Notes under the pieces: model-generated
Database searches by the model: none
Seen by the model: only the letters and a program-made list of their open reading frames with translations
Told to the model about the DNA's origin: nothing
Part shown: positions 1 to 10,212 of the stretch, in pieces
Position numbering within the stretch: the first letter of the stretch is position 1
Layout of the letters: every line of letters begins with the position of its first letter
Translations under genes and position numbers: made by a program
DNA from: an uncultured Fibrobacterota bacterium
Lineage (GTDB): Bacteria > Fibrobacterota > Chitinivibrionia > Chitinivibrionales > Chitinispirillaceae
Assembly: GCA_963803935.1 (NCBI GenBank)
Contig: CAWDOZ010000133.1
Span: forward strand, 37,882 to 101,881
DNA length: 64,000 bases
Reading direction: 5' to 3'

Positions 1-265
1 ATACCGGAGCGTTTGCATCTTTACCTTTCAGTTGATCACCAAACATTCTATACATATGAATAGGATCACCTGTTTTCAAATCTGATAATTTAGTGATAGT
101 ACCGCTATCTAAACCCCATGCAGCAGCCATCCCATTAAATAGTCTGGAATGAGGACTGTTTCCACTCATAAAATCATTCATAACCTTTATTACCTCTGAA
201 GGCACATTTTCAGCTGTTGCGACATTTATTGCCCCCAGCATCAGCATTATAAAAATTTTTTTCAT
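1..265 (-). CDS. hypothetical small secreted protein (C-terminus lies beyond the window edge)
   Basis: The ATG at 265-263 is preceded by AGGAGAGG 5 nt upstream. It reads MKKIFIMLMLGAINVATAENVPSEV... (signal-peptide-like) with no stop down to position 1. It is absent from the ORF track because it runs off the window. The segment is AT-rich. Confidence 0.45.
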   Translation of the reverse strand, partial: MKKIFIMLMLGAINVATAENVPSEVIKVMNDFMSGNSPHSRLFNGMAAAWGLDSGTITKLSDLKTGDPIHMYRMFGDQLKGKDANAPV

Positions 266-337
266 AATCCTCTCCTTTGTGACCAGATGGGTTAGCTTTC
301 ATTTGAATTTCTTTATCTCAAATCATTGTATTCAGTA

Positions 338-548
338 TTATTCCTCGGGCATAGAATTACCCTCTTTATCGCATTCTAAGAAAGTCTCTTGTCCAAAATC
401 CTTGGGTTCTACTATACTTGAGTTGCATTCATAATTCTTGATTGCTTCAAAGGCTGCTTCTTCCGGCAAAGTATCCTGACATCCACAATATATTAATTGG
501 CACTCCTGCAATCACAAATTTGTGAAGATATTTGGAATATTTTTTCAT
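338..548 (-). pseudogene. small Cys-containing putative lipoprotein with a broken reading frame
   Basis: The ATG at 548-546 gives MKKYSKYLHKFVIAGVPINILW... and stops after 33 codons. Another frame continues ...YCGCQDTLPEEAAFEAIKNYECNSSIVEPKDFGQETFLECDKEGNSMPEE and stops at 340-338. The span is not a multiple of 3. Support is weak. Confidence 0.2.
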
Positions 549-768
549 GGAGTTTATTTGCCTGCACGATGGTAGTTATTTGGATAGCTAAAGTTGATAT
601 GCGGCGATAATTCGTTACTGCTCACAGGTGAGAAAACCGTTTAAAGGCCTTTTTTGCAGAACCTTGGTTCAAACGACTTGTTTTGCTCAAAAGAGGAAAT
701 GAATTGATTATTTTTGCCTGACCTGTTGCCTCACCGGGCCTGTACCTGCGAAACTCGTCTTGGACTTA

Positions 769-859
769 CCCCTTCCTGAGGAAGGGGTGTGGTAGAAGAC
801 GCGTTTCTCGGCTACTGCTCAAGGGAAACCGCCTTATAGCGGTTTCCCCACCTGAGAAG
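769..859 (+). repeat. mosaic hairpin repeat, tail-half copy
   Basis: It contains a CCCCTTCC-tgag-GGAAGGGG hairpin (769-787) and a GGGAAACCGCC-ttat-AGCGGTTTCCCC hairpin (823-849), followed by ACCTGAGAAG. The modules and their order match the 3' halves of the mosaics near 34.6, 45.0, 52.1 and 56.3 kb. Confidence 0.7.
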
Positions 860-962
860 CACGCTATTATTGATATATTGACCTGACCTTTAAAGAATCA
901 TATATTTATTTAATGATTTGAAGGTGGAAGAAGTAGTCGACTCCGGAAAAGAGGTTTAGAGC

Positions 963-1712
963 ATGCCTGCGGTAAAAAATAAAATGATGCGATATGGCCT
1001 TATTGTGCTATGTATTTCTTTCTTCGTGTCATCTTCATGGGCGGCTCATTTTGTCGTTTTTGATAACAATACTTCAAATACCATGAATATTTTCACCAAA
1101 TCCGTCAATACCTTAACAGTAGACGGAAGGCAGATGGCCACAGGTGACGAAATCGGGGTGTTCGATTCAATTGGCCTCTGTTGCGGAGCCTGGGCATACA
1201 ATACTGCAAGCTTAAGTATTACTGTTTATGGTCAGCAACCTGATACATCGCAGATAGATGGCTTCAGTAACAATGAGCTTATGCACTTCAAGATGTGGGA
1301 TGGGGTGCTCAATAAGGAATTGCCTGCAAAAGCAACGTTTGTACTTGTCGATCCCACCATTCCAGCGAATCTGCTTGCAGATTCTTTGTATGAACAGGAC
1401 CATCTTTCTGAACTTGCCAGCCTGACCTCAGGTCCCAACGCCGTCCTCCCCCGCGCAGGAAATGCCAACGCCTACCTCTTTTTCACAAACGGCGCACTGA
1501 ATTATTCCCTTCTCCACCCGGAACCGGTGAATCTTACCTTTTTCGATCTCCTCGGGAGATCCGCACTGTCCATAAATCGCAGCGAAACCGCCGGAGCCCA
1601 CCGGATCGGCCTGCAATCCCTCAATCTCCCCGATGGGCTCTATACGGTCCGGTTCAAGGCGGGTGCGGTTAGCCTGCAACAATCTCTCATTGTTACCGGC
1701 CATCGGAACTGA
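963..1712 (+). CDS. secreted protein with a T9SS-type C-terminal sorting domain
   Basis: The N-terminal signal peptide is (M)MRYGLIVLCISFFVSSSWA. The last ~75 aa (VNLTFFDLLGRSALSINRSETAGAHRIGLQSLNLPDGLYTVRFKAGAVSLQQSLIV) fit the Por/T9SS CTD pattern (v.l.fD..GR....aG.h.....l..GlY.vr). Confidence 0.6.
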   Translation: MPAVKNKMMRYGLIVLCISFFVSSSWAAHFVVFDNNTSNTMNIFTKSVNTLTVDGRQMATGDEIGVFDSIGLCCGAWAYNTASLSITVYGQQPDTSQIDGFSNNELMHFKMWDGVLNKELPAKATFVLVDPTIPANLLADSLYEQDHLSELASLTSGPNAVLPRAGNANAYLFFTNGALNYSLLHPEPVNLTFFDLLGRSALSINRSETAGAHRIGLQSLNLPDGLYTVRFKAGAVSLQQSLIVTGHRN

Positions 1713-1876
1713 CCCGGGACTGGCTTCCTGCAACATTTCTGCGCGCTGCCGTCTTCCCTGCGCCATGCTCCTCGGTGTATTTTCAGTAAGATTTCCGGCA
1801 TCTGAACAGGAATAGCGCTTGCTAACCCCGGAGCTTGCTGCGGGGAGCTACAAAATTTAACCACTACGGGCGGGTC

Positions 1877-2815
1877 ATGAAACCGATACAGATTCGCGAT
1901 TACGATCTTCTGGTAATCGGAGAGTGTTACGTCGAATTCCGGTGCGAGGGCGACCTCTGCCTTTGCGATTCGTTTGAAAAAGACGTCGGCGGAGCCGACG
2001 CCGTCGTCGCCGCAACCGCGGCGAGGCTGGGATCCGGCGTATCGTTTATTTCCGGCATCGCGCGCGACCCGTTCCACGCCATGATCCGCGAACGGCTCAT
2101 GGCGCAGGGAATCAATATCGACCATGTGATCACCTGCAGCGGATACAACGGCATTTATTTCACCAGTTCCCGGTTCCCCGAACAGCGCGAGTACCTTTTT
2201 CACCGTCCCGGCAGCGCCGCCGAAGGCATCACTCCGAGCATGATCTATGACGATCTCCTCGACAACTGCAAAATAGTCTATGCGTCAAGCGAGCTGCAGT
2301 CCGTATCGCGCGCCGGACGCCACACGATATTCAAGGCCCTGGAGTTTGCCCATAAGAATAATACCATGGTGGCGTACAACCCCAACCTGCGGCTCCAGCG
2401 CTGTTCGCTCGACGATGCCAAGGAAAATCTCTGGACCGTCCTGCCGCTTGTCGACGTCATTTTCCCCTCGGCGCCGGACGAGTGCAGGGCGCTTTTCGGG
2501 TATGAACGCCCGGTTGATATCATCGGCTTTCTCTGGGACCGGGGCTTGCGTATTGTGGTCGTGAAGACCGGATCCGGCGGCTGCGTAACCGGGTACGACG
2601 GCAAGATCGAAGAGTTTCCGCAGCAGAAATCGAGCGAATCGGTCTCCTCGATGACCCTCATCGGCAGCGCCTTCGTCGGCGGATTCCTGCACTGCATCGC
2701 CCGGGGACACGATCCCTTTACCGCCTCACGGTTCGCCAACAGCGTTGCCTTGTTCAAGGGCATTACCGGCGGGGGCATTGCCTCACTGCCGACCGCCAAA
2801 GATCTCCAGGCATGA
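1877..2815 (+). CDS. PfkB-family carbohydrate kinase (ribokinase/KdgK-like)
   Basis: The start is taken at MKPIQIRDYDLLVIGE inside ORF 1835..2815. It has the GGADAVVAATAARLG sugar-binding region and a C-terminal VVVKTGSGGC ... IGSAFVGGF anion-hole/ATP motif typical of PfkB kinases. Its stop overlaps the next start (ATGA). Confidence 0.75.
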   Translation: MKPIQIRDYDLLVIGECYVEFRCEGDLCLCDSFEKDVGGADAVVAATAARLGSGVSFISGIARDPFHAMIRERLMAQGINIDHVITCSGYNGIYFTSSRFPEQREYLFHRPGSAAEGITPSMIYDDLLDNCKIVYASSELQSVSRAGRHTIFKALEFAHKNNTMVAYNPNLRLQRCSLDDAKENLWTVLPLVDVIFPSAPDECRALFGYERPVDIIGFLWDRGLRIVVVKTGSGGCVTGYDGKIEEFPQQKSSESVSSMTLIGSAFVGGFLHCIARGHDPFTASRFANSVALFKGITGGGIASLPTAKDLQA

Positions 2816-3810
2816 ACGTTTCGCAGCGCTGGATCATCGCGCTCTCTCCGGACGGAGCAGCCCGCGCGGTTGCTGAAAAAACAGCTTCAGCATTCAGGGA
2901 GATCCTGGGCCCCGATTCCTGCATGGTGTTCGATCCCCGCCCCTATCGGGAGGGGTATAAAAAACTCCTCAGACAGCCGGATGAGACCATGGTCGCCGAT
3001 CTTATCAACCAGTCGCTGGCGGTCTCCTGCTTCGACTTCGGCGCAACGCACTGCCTTGTCTGCGCTCTCTGCCCGGTGACGCTATTCACCCTCAACCTGT
3101 TCCGGAAGCGGGGGATCGTAACCCTGCACTGGTTTTATGAGGATTTCCGTCGCGCGGCGTACTGGCAGGAGGTCCTGCCCGGTTACAACCATTTCTGCGC
3201 GATCCAGCGCGGCCCGCTGCCCTCTGCGTGCGAATCAGCTCATTCCAGGTTTCATTTGCTGCCGACCGCGGGATTGTCGCCCGATGCTGTGCCTGAGCCG
3301 GAAAATCGCTGCTTCGATGTATCCTTCGTGGGAATCCCAAGTCCCTACCGGATAGAGGTTCTGGAAGCCCTTGCCTCGACAGGGATGTCCATTGCCTGCG
3401 GGGGCGAGGGGTGGGACGGCTATCGGGGAATCCTTCAGGCAGGAATTTTTTCCGGCCGCTGGATTTCCGCGGAGGAGTCGTTCAAGCAACTTACCCGGTC
3501 GAAAATAGGCATTAACCTCTCCTTTGCCGAGCCATGGGACCGGGAGAATGTGCATATCAGCCCGCGGGCGTACGATATCCTGAAAGCCGGAGCGCTACTC
3601 CTTACCGAAGAGTCGCCGCTCGCAGCCGAATCGCTTGTCGGGTGCAGTTTTAAAACCTTCAGGAATATCCCGGAGGCCCTTGCAATTGCCCGTGCTCTCC
3701 TTGCCCGGTACTCTTGTATGGAACCGCTGATCGCGCAAAACAGCCGCGCAGTCCGCGCCGGCCATACCTATAAAAGCCGGGTTACGGACATCCTCTCTTA
3801 CGTCAATTAG
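2812..3810 (+). CDS. CgeB-like glycosyltransferase (DUF3880 plus Glyco_trans_1_2-like)
   Basis: The pattern HWFYEDF ... FDVSFVGIPSPYR ... SKIGINLS ... SPRAYDILKAGALLLTE ... GHTYKSRV matches my memory of the CgeB family consensus. It lies in a polysaccharide locus. Confidence 0.5.
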   Translation: MNVSQRWIIALSPDGAARAVAEKTASAFREILGPDSCMVFDPRPYREGYKKLLRQPDETMVADLINQSLAVSCFDFGATHCLVCALCPVTLFTLNLFRKRGIVTLHWFYEDFRRAAYWQEVLPGYNHFCAIQRGPLPSACESAHSRFHLLPTAGLSPDAVPEPENRCFDVSFVGIPSPYRIEVLEALASTGMSIACGGEGWDGYRGILQAGIFSGRWISAEESFKQLTRSKIGINLSFAEPWDRENVHISPRAYDILKAGALLLTEESPLAAESLVGCSFKTFRNIPEALAIARALLARYSCMEPLIAQNSRAVRAGHTYKSRVTDILSYVN

Positions 3811-4252
3811 CAGCGTCCCGCCGGCAAACTATCGAACAGGCATGCCTCCCGAACTCCGGCATTTTCTCCCGGGCTTGCGAACAGATTTCCGGTAAAGCCC
3901 GCTACCCGACCCGGTGAATTTTCCCTGCATCCGGCTGCGGGAAGCTTTAATTTGCCGGTATAAAGGGCAAAAAAATCGTTTTTGGGTTCGGGGATCAACC
4001 TGGCAGCTTCCGCCGGCTGTTTGATACTATGCTCTATCTCCTTGCCGGACTGTTTGTTGCGCGATTCGTACGCACCGTATTGAATAGAATCTATAATTAG
4101 AAATGATGGAATAATTTACTTGCATTATGTATAATATATTTGGCTTTTAAAAAGTTCGGGGGAGCATTGAATATTTTTTGCTGCCTCCTCGTTCGTGCTT
4201 AAAACCTTATCGACAGGGATCCACCGTGAGCAATTTTACTTCGCCATCACCC

Positions 4253-6374
4253 ATGACGCAATCGAATATGTCCCTTCGCGACATCTACTATGTCGTGTTC
4301 CGGCATAAGCGGAAGGTAATCGGCTTTTTTATCAGCATCGTAGTTCTTGCCGCCGCCGTTACCCTGCTGATGCCTAAAACCTACGACTCAACGGCACAGC
4401 TCCTGCTTCGCCTCGGCCGCGAAAATACGACGCTCGACCCTGCTGCGAGCATGGGCGCCCAGACGGTCAATGTTAACGGCGAATCCCGCGAAACAGAGTT
4501 GAATTCCGAAATCGAAGTGCTCAAGAGCCGCGAACTGGCTGAAAAAATCGTCGATACCATCGGGCTCAACCGTCTTCTTGGAATCAAGAAGGCCGTTCCG
4601 TTCCTCACGGCCTACGATTCGCTCAAGACGCGCGAACGGGCGATTGTGAAGATAGGAAAGAGCCTTACCGTCGACCTTGTCAAAAAGACCAATATCATCA
4701 GCGTCGATTTTCTGGCGAACGATCCCCAGGTTGCCCATGATGTGGTGGATAATCTCCTTCGTTTTTACGAGGAGAAGCACATGGCAATTTACCGGCCGGA
4801 GGGCTCCTATAAATTCATAGAGCAGCAGCAGGCTGCGCTCAGCGCGGAAATGAAGGCAACCCAGGACAGCCTGAACATCCTCAAAAATTCTTCCGGCATC
4901 GTTTCCGTCCCGGAGCAGCAGACGAGTATTCTTGCCCGCCTGTCCAGCCTTCAGGAAGACTATGAAAAGGTCAAGGTGGAACTGGCTGCCAGCCAGGCCA
5001 GGGTAACCGATCTCCAGAAAACCATGGAAAATATCCCTCAGATCATGGCGGAACATAAAATGGGGGGCGTCCCCTTCTCTTCCAACGAGGTTCTGCGCTC
5101 GAAAATCAATGAACTGCGGGTACAGCAGCTCGACATGTTAACAAAGTATAATGACAACAGCCGTCGCGTGAAGGACCTGAAACAGCAGATCTCCCAGGCC
5201 TCGGCAATTCTCGATACCGAAGACCTCAATAACAACAGTTCAAGCGCAATGCGTCAGGCGCAAACCGACCTTCTTGCCGAGCAGTCCAACCTTGCCGGAT
5301 ATAAAGCCCGGGAGTCAAACCTGCGGTCGATGATTGCCCAGGCGCGCGCTGAAATGGAGACATTCAACAACTCCAGTTCAACGGTTGCACGCCTGCAGCA
5401 GCAGCTCGAAATAGACCAGGATAATTACAAGAAATACAGCGAAGACCTCGAACAGGCCCGTATCGACAGCGGGCTCAAGAATGAAAAAATTTCGAATATC
5501 AGCATCATTCAGGAAGCCACCCTCCCGCTGAAGTCCACGATTACCACGCGCGCGATCTACAGCATGCTGTTCGGGATATTTTTCGGCCTTTTCGGCGGCC
5601 TGGCCCTCGCCTTCATATTTGAACTTCTCGATCATACCGTCAAACGCTTCGATGACGTTGAAAATTTTCTCGGCCTTCCCGCCCTCGGGGCGATACCGGT
5701 CCTGGACGGGGCCGCCGGCGTTCCCTGGAAAATTCCACGGGCCTGCTCGCAGACTTTTGATACGCTCAGGGAAACCCTCCGCCGGGCCCGCAAAGACCGG
5801 AAGGATTCAACAGTACTGGCGGTCATGAGCTGTTATGACGACGAAGGCACCGACCTGATCGCTCCTTACCTTGCAGTAAACCAGATTCCGCCGAATAACG
5901 GCGGAAAGGTGCTGCTTGCCGATTTTGATATAGCCAAACCGACCTTGCACGCGGCCTTCTCCATTCCACAGTCTCCCGGCGTTTCCGATTTTCACAAATC
6001 GGATATCGGACCCGCAATCACCCCGATAACATTCAATAACGTTTCCGGGCTCGATGTTCTGTCGGCGGGCAAGGAGACCGATGGAACGCTCCAATTGAGT
6101 AAGTCCGGCCTTTTTGCCGAATCGATGAACTCCTGGAAGAAGAAGTACGATTTCATCGTTCTCAAGATGCCGCCATTCTCCCGTTCCTCTCTCATAATGG
6201 AGTTGGCAGAATACATCGATGATGTCATCATGGTCTGTAGAATCCGAACGGGTTCGCCGCGAAGTCATTGTTCAGTCAACCAGCCAGTTGAATCGTGCAG
6301 GTATTAACGTCTTCGGAGTTATTCTCAATAATTACCGGTACTATCTGCCGCATTGGCTTTACAAAAGGCTCTAA
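4253..6374 (+). CDS. polysaccharide co-polymerase (Wzz/GumC chain-length determinant) fused to a degenerate BY-kinase-like domain, with an apparent frameshift near 6230-6240
   Basis: It has a Wzz-type N-terminus (LRDIYYVVFRHKRKVIGFFISIVVLAAAV, ELNSEIEVLKSRELAEKIV), a long coiled coil and a second TM. A P-loop-like domain follows (VLLADFDIAKPTL, YDFIVLKMPP). The track ORF ends at 6307 in non-homologous sequence. The +1 frame reads VESERVRREVIVQSTSQLNRAGINVFGVILNNYRYYLPHWLYKRL and stops at 6374, which is the expected family ending. The start is taken at the first ATG (MTQSNMSLRD). Confidence 0.7.
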
Positions 6375-6510
6375 AGGGCCCAGGTCGGGATACGCCTTCT
6401 GAACCAGTCATTTCGTTCGGTTGCCCTCCTCCGGGGAGTGTTTTATTCGATTCATTGGACCTCAAACCTGGCATAGACAGGCAGTTGCAGGGCATTATTG
6501 AAACGATAGC

Positions 6511-8256
6511 ATGATTCTTCGATCGCGCACACTTTATAACATCTTGATTGGATTCGATCTGCTCGTTATGGGATGGGCCTTCGCCCTTGCGGCGGCCCTG
6601 CACTTCGATCTTGTACAGCATGAGCCGTTCAAGGATATTTTCCTGAATATCCGCATCCGGTTTGCGACCATTCTTGTTTTAACGTCCTTCTTTATCTTCT
6701 GGCACTGTATTCTCAGGCTCTTCGGCGCTTACCGGGAGGCAGCTCAACCTTCATCGCGCCGCGAAGCTTTCAATCTTTGCCTGGCGGTTCTTTTAGGGTC
6801 GCTGGGGCTGGCAGCTGCAGGAAGAGCGCTCCACAGCACGCTTTTAGATCCCACCTTTATTCTCATTTTCTACTCCATGAATACCGTTCTCGTGGTGAGC
6901 GGGCATTTTGTGACACGGTATTTTTTTGGAAAGGTCTGGACCCACAGCCATATGCTGCGCCGGTTCGTCTTCCCTGCTTATCGGGATGAATTCATGCCTG
7001 CCCAGCGTCGTGAAGCGCTTTTGCTCTGCTCGCTGATTATATTCGGCGTTATGGGTATGCTCCTTGCTGCTAAAGTTAGTGGAATAGTGAAGGCGGACCT
7101 GACCTTCATTCTTGTGTTTTTTGCCGTGAATGTTTTCGTGGTTATTTGCGGCCATTTTGTAACACGGTTGTTTATCGCAAAAAATTGGAATCGCAGTATG
7201 GTACGACATCTGGTAATTGCAGGAACCAACAAGCGGGCGCTGGCGCTTGCACGCTTTTTCCGAACCCACCCGGAACTCGGATACCGGGTTATCGGCTTCG
7301 TCGACGATGTTATTCTGGCTCCGGAGCTGTCGGGGGCTGCAATGCCGCTCACCAGGGATACGGCAGAGCGCCTCGCCCTGAGTGATAAGGAAGCTGCTGG
7401 ATACCCGCATTCAACACCGCTACTTACAAATTTTGAAAATTTCGGTTCTTTTATCCGAAAACAAGTGGTCGACGAGGTAATCCTGTGCCTCCCGATACTC
7501 TCCTTTTATAAGCAGTCGTCGCAAATTGTTGCTCTTTGCCGCGATCATGGGGTTACCGTCAATTATGCCTCCGATCTATTCGATTTGAAACGCTCTCACC
7601 AGAGTGACATGGAAATAATCAATATATACACCGGTATGCTTTATACAAAAACTGCCGCCGCCACCCTTAAGCGCTTTACCGATATGGTGGTTTCCTTTTT
7701 CGGACTCATTGTCCTCCTTCCTGTTTTTGGCATCATCGCACTGCTGATCAAGTTGACCTCAAAGGGACCTGTTTTTTTTACGCAGATGCGCATCGGCTGG
7801 AACAAGCGGAAGTTCAAGCTCTATAAATTCAGGACCATGATCGAGGATGCAGAAGAAAAAATCGAAGAGGTCGCCCATCTTAATTCCATGGAAGGGCCGG
7901 TTCTCAAAGTGGTAAACGACCCACGGATCACTCCTCTGGGCAAATGGCTCAGGAAAACGAGTCTGGACGAGCTGCCGCAGCTCTTTAATGTACTGCTGGG
8001 CGATATGAGTCTTGTCGGTCCCCGCCCCCTCACCCTGCGGGATTTTCAGGGATTTGAAATCGACTGGCACCACCGCCGGTTCAGCGTCCGGCCCGGTATC
8101 ACCTGTACCTGGCAAGTTCAGGGAAGAAGTTCCATCCCATTCGATAAGTGGATGGAACTCGATGCGCGCTATATCGATACCTGGAGCTTCTTCAACGATA
8201 TTAAAATTCTTTTCCAGACCATCCCTGCGGTGATGAAAGCCAAGGGTGCGGAATAG
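6511..8256 (+). CDS. polyprenyl-phosphate glycosyl-1-phosphate transferase (bacterial sugar transferase, WbaP/EpsB-like)
   Basis: The C-terminal domain reads KRFTDMVVSFFGLIVLLPVFGIIALLIKLTSKGPVFFTQMRIGWNKRKFKLYKFRTM ... DPRITPLGKWLRKTSLDELPQLFNVLLGDMSLVGPRP. The central region is NAD-binding-like (HLVIAGTNKRA). The N-terminus has multiple TM segments. Confidence 0.88.
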   Translation: MILRSRTLYNILIGFDLLVMGWAFALAAALHFDLVQHEPFKDIFLNIRIRFATILVLTSFFIFWHCILRLFGAYREAAQPSSRREAFNLCLAVLLGSLGLAAAGRALHSTLLDPTFILIFYSMNTVLVVSGHFVTRYFFGKVWTHSHMLRRFVFPAYRDEFMPAQRREALLLCSLIIFGVMGMLLAAKVSGIVKADLTFILVFFAVNVFVVICGHFVTRLFIAKNWNRSMVRHLVIAGTNKRALALARFFRTHPELGYRVIGFVDDVILAPELSGAAMPLTRDTAERLALSDKEAAGYPHSTPLLTNFENFGSFIRKQVVDEVILCLPILSFYKQSSQIVALCRDHGVTVNYASDLFDLKRSHQSDMEIINIYTGMLYTKTAAATLKRFTDMVVSFFGLIVLLPVFGIIALLIKLTSKGPVFFTQMRIGWNKRKFKLYKFRTMIEDAEEKIEEVAHLNSMEGPVLKVVNDPRITPLGKWLRKTSLDELPQLFNVLLGDMSLVGPRPLTLRDFQGFEIDWHHRRFSVRPGITCTWQVQGRSSIPFDKWMELDARYIDTWSFFNDIKILFQTIPAVMKAKGAE

Positions 8257-8259
8257 CCG

Positions 8260-10212
8260 ATGACTCCCGAGTGGTATGTAAGGCGTCTGGCCGCCATGTC
8301 GGCAGACGAGATTGCATTCCGATTTGGTTTTACCTTCACCAAAAATCGCTGGCGGCGCCAAACGAAGTCGGGCAGGCTCTTTGGCGGGTCCATTTCGCCC
8401 AATTCCCGGCCAGGGGTTCCGGCAGGTCCCTCCCCTTACCTTGCGGCTGTTCCCGATAATCCGGATGTTGCGGCGCTGCTTGAGGAAGCGGATGCCTACC
8501 TCCGGCATGAATGGCGTTTTTTTGGACTATCAGGAGTTGCCGAGCCAAGGATCGACTGGCATTTCGACCCCCTGTCCGGACACAGAATGCCCAGAATATT
8601 CTGCTATGATATCGATCATCGTAATGAGGCGGCCGGGGATTCGAAAATAATCTGGGAGAAGAGCCGGCATCATCACCTGACTGTGCTTGCCGCAGCCTAC
8701 GCTCTTACGAAAAAGGAGGACTATGCCGAGGAAGCGAAGCATCAGATCCTTGATTGGATCGCCGAAAACCCCTTTCTCATCGGAATAAACTGGGGGCACC
8801 CGCTCGAACTCGGCATCCGCCTTATTTCATGGACCTGGATTGAACGGCTGCTGCGAGGATCTGCCCATTACGAAGCGGCCTTCGGCAATTCGAGCCCTGT
8901 CTGGCTGTGCATCGGCCAGCACCAGGAGGTGATCAGCCGGGCCTACTCGCGAGGATCCTCTGCCAACAATCACCTCATCGGCGAGATGGCCGGGCTTTTC
9001 ATTGCCTCGGTCGCATTCCCGATTTTCCGCTCCTCCCGACGGTGGGCAACCCTGGCAAGGAAACTTCTTGAACGGGAAGCGGTCCGGCAGACCTATCCCT
9101 CGGGCATCAACTGCGAGCTCGCCTTCGGGTATCAATTGTTTGTACTGGAATTTCTGCTTCTGTCGCTTTTCGAGGCAGAAAGGGCAGAGATCTCCTTTTC
9201 AGCGGAGTTCCGCTGGATTCTCGGAAAAATGATCGAGTCAATCCCGCTTCTGACCGACAGCGGCGGCAATCTTCCCCGCTACGGCGACAGCGATGACGGC
9301 ATGGCCCTGCAGTTGCAGCCTCATGAGGCGGTCCGTACCGGATGGCTCTACCAGCTCGCCGCCATACTCCTTGGCATCAGGAACTTCGGCGAGAACCGGC
9401 TGTCGTTGCCGATTATTCTCATGGGAGCGGCAAAATCGCTTCCCTTGCATGATAACCGCCCGCTGCCGGAATACAGCGTTTTTGCGGATGCGGGCCTCTA
9501 TGTAATGTCGGTCAACCGGGGGTTGCCTTCGGAACTATTCGTGCTGGCCGATGCCGGTCCGCTCGGGTTTGGATCAATTGCGGCCCACGGTCATGCGGAT
9601 GCGCTCTCCTTTGTGCTTTCTGTCGGCGGGAAACCGATTTTTGTCGATCCCGGAACATTTTCATATTATACTGACAGAGCGACGCGCGACTACTTCAGGG
9701 GAAGCCGTGCACATAATACCCTGACCATCGACAACCGGGATCAATCCAGGCCATCGGGAAGGTTCCTCTGGTCTGCTGCGGCAAAAACAACGGTGACCCA
9801 GTGGCAGGAGGACCCGGAAACCGGCGCAGAATTAACCGCGCGTCACAGCGGCTATGCAGGGCAACTCGGGGTTATTCATTGTCGGACCTTCTCTCTGGAG
9901 AGGAGAACCTTCTGCCTCAGGGATATGCTCACCGGATCGGGCGACCACCTGGTCAGTCTCGGGTTTCATTTTGCCCCGGAGTGCAGAATCGAGATTGCCG
10001 GCCGGCGCTGCATCATCCGGAGAGCCGGAGCAACCCTCTGCATGACGATCGACGACTCACTGGAGATTTCAGTTCATCGGGCAGACCCGGAGGGAGGATG
10101 GTACTCTCCCCGGTTCGGGATAAAGGTCGAAGCATGCACTATCTTTGCATTGGCGCGGCTGACCCTGCCTGTAACTCTCACCACTATCATCGAGGTGCTT
10201 GATGAATGTTAG
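8260..10212 (+). CDS. heparinase II/III-like protein (alginate-lyase superfamily N-domain)
   Basis: Supporting motifs are IWEKSRHHHL, NWGHPLELGIRLISWTW, NNHLIGEMAGL, HGHADALSF and AHNTL, which are typical of heparinase II/III family proteins found in EPS/LPS loci. Confidence 0.7.
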   Translation: MTPEWYVRRLAAMSADEIAFRFGFTFTKNRWRRQTKSGRLFGGSISPNSRPGVPAGPSPYLAAVPDNPDVAALLEEADAYLRHEWRFFGLSGVAEPRIDWHFDPLSGHRMPRIFCYDIDHRNEAAGDSKIIWEKSRHHHLTVLAAAYALTKKEDYAEEAKHQILDWIAENPFLIGINWGHPLELGIRLISWTWIERLLRGSAHYEAAFGNSSPVWLCIGQHQEVISRAYSRGSSANNHLIGEMAGLFIASVAFPIFRSSRRWATLARKLLEREAVRQTYPSGINCELAFGYQLFVLEFLLLSLFEAERAEISFSAEFRWILGKMIESIPLLTDSGGNLPRYGDSDDGMALQLQPHEAVRTGWLYQLAAILLGIRNFGENRLSLPIILMGAAKSLPLHDNRPLPEYSVFADAGLYVMSVNRGLPSELFVLADAGPLGFGSIAAHGHADALSFVLSVGGKPIFVDPGTFSYYTDRATRDYFRGSRAHNTLTIDNRDQSRPSGRFLWSAAAKTTVTQWQEDPETGAELTARHSGYAGQLGVIHCRTFSLERRTFCLRDMLTGSGDHLVSLGFHFAPECRIEIAGRRCIIRRAGATLCMTIDDSLEISVHRADPEGGWYSPRFGIKVEACTIFALARLTLPVTLTTIIEVLDEC

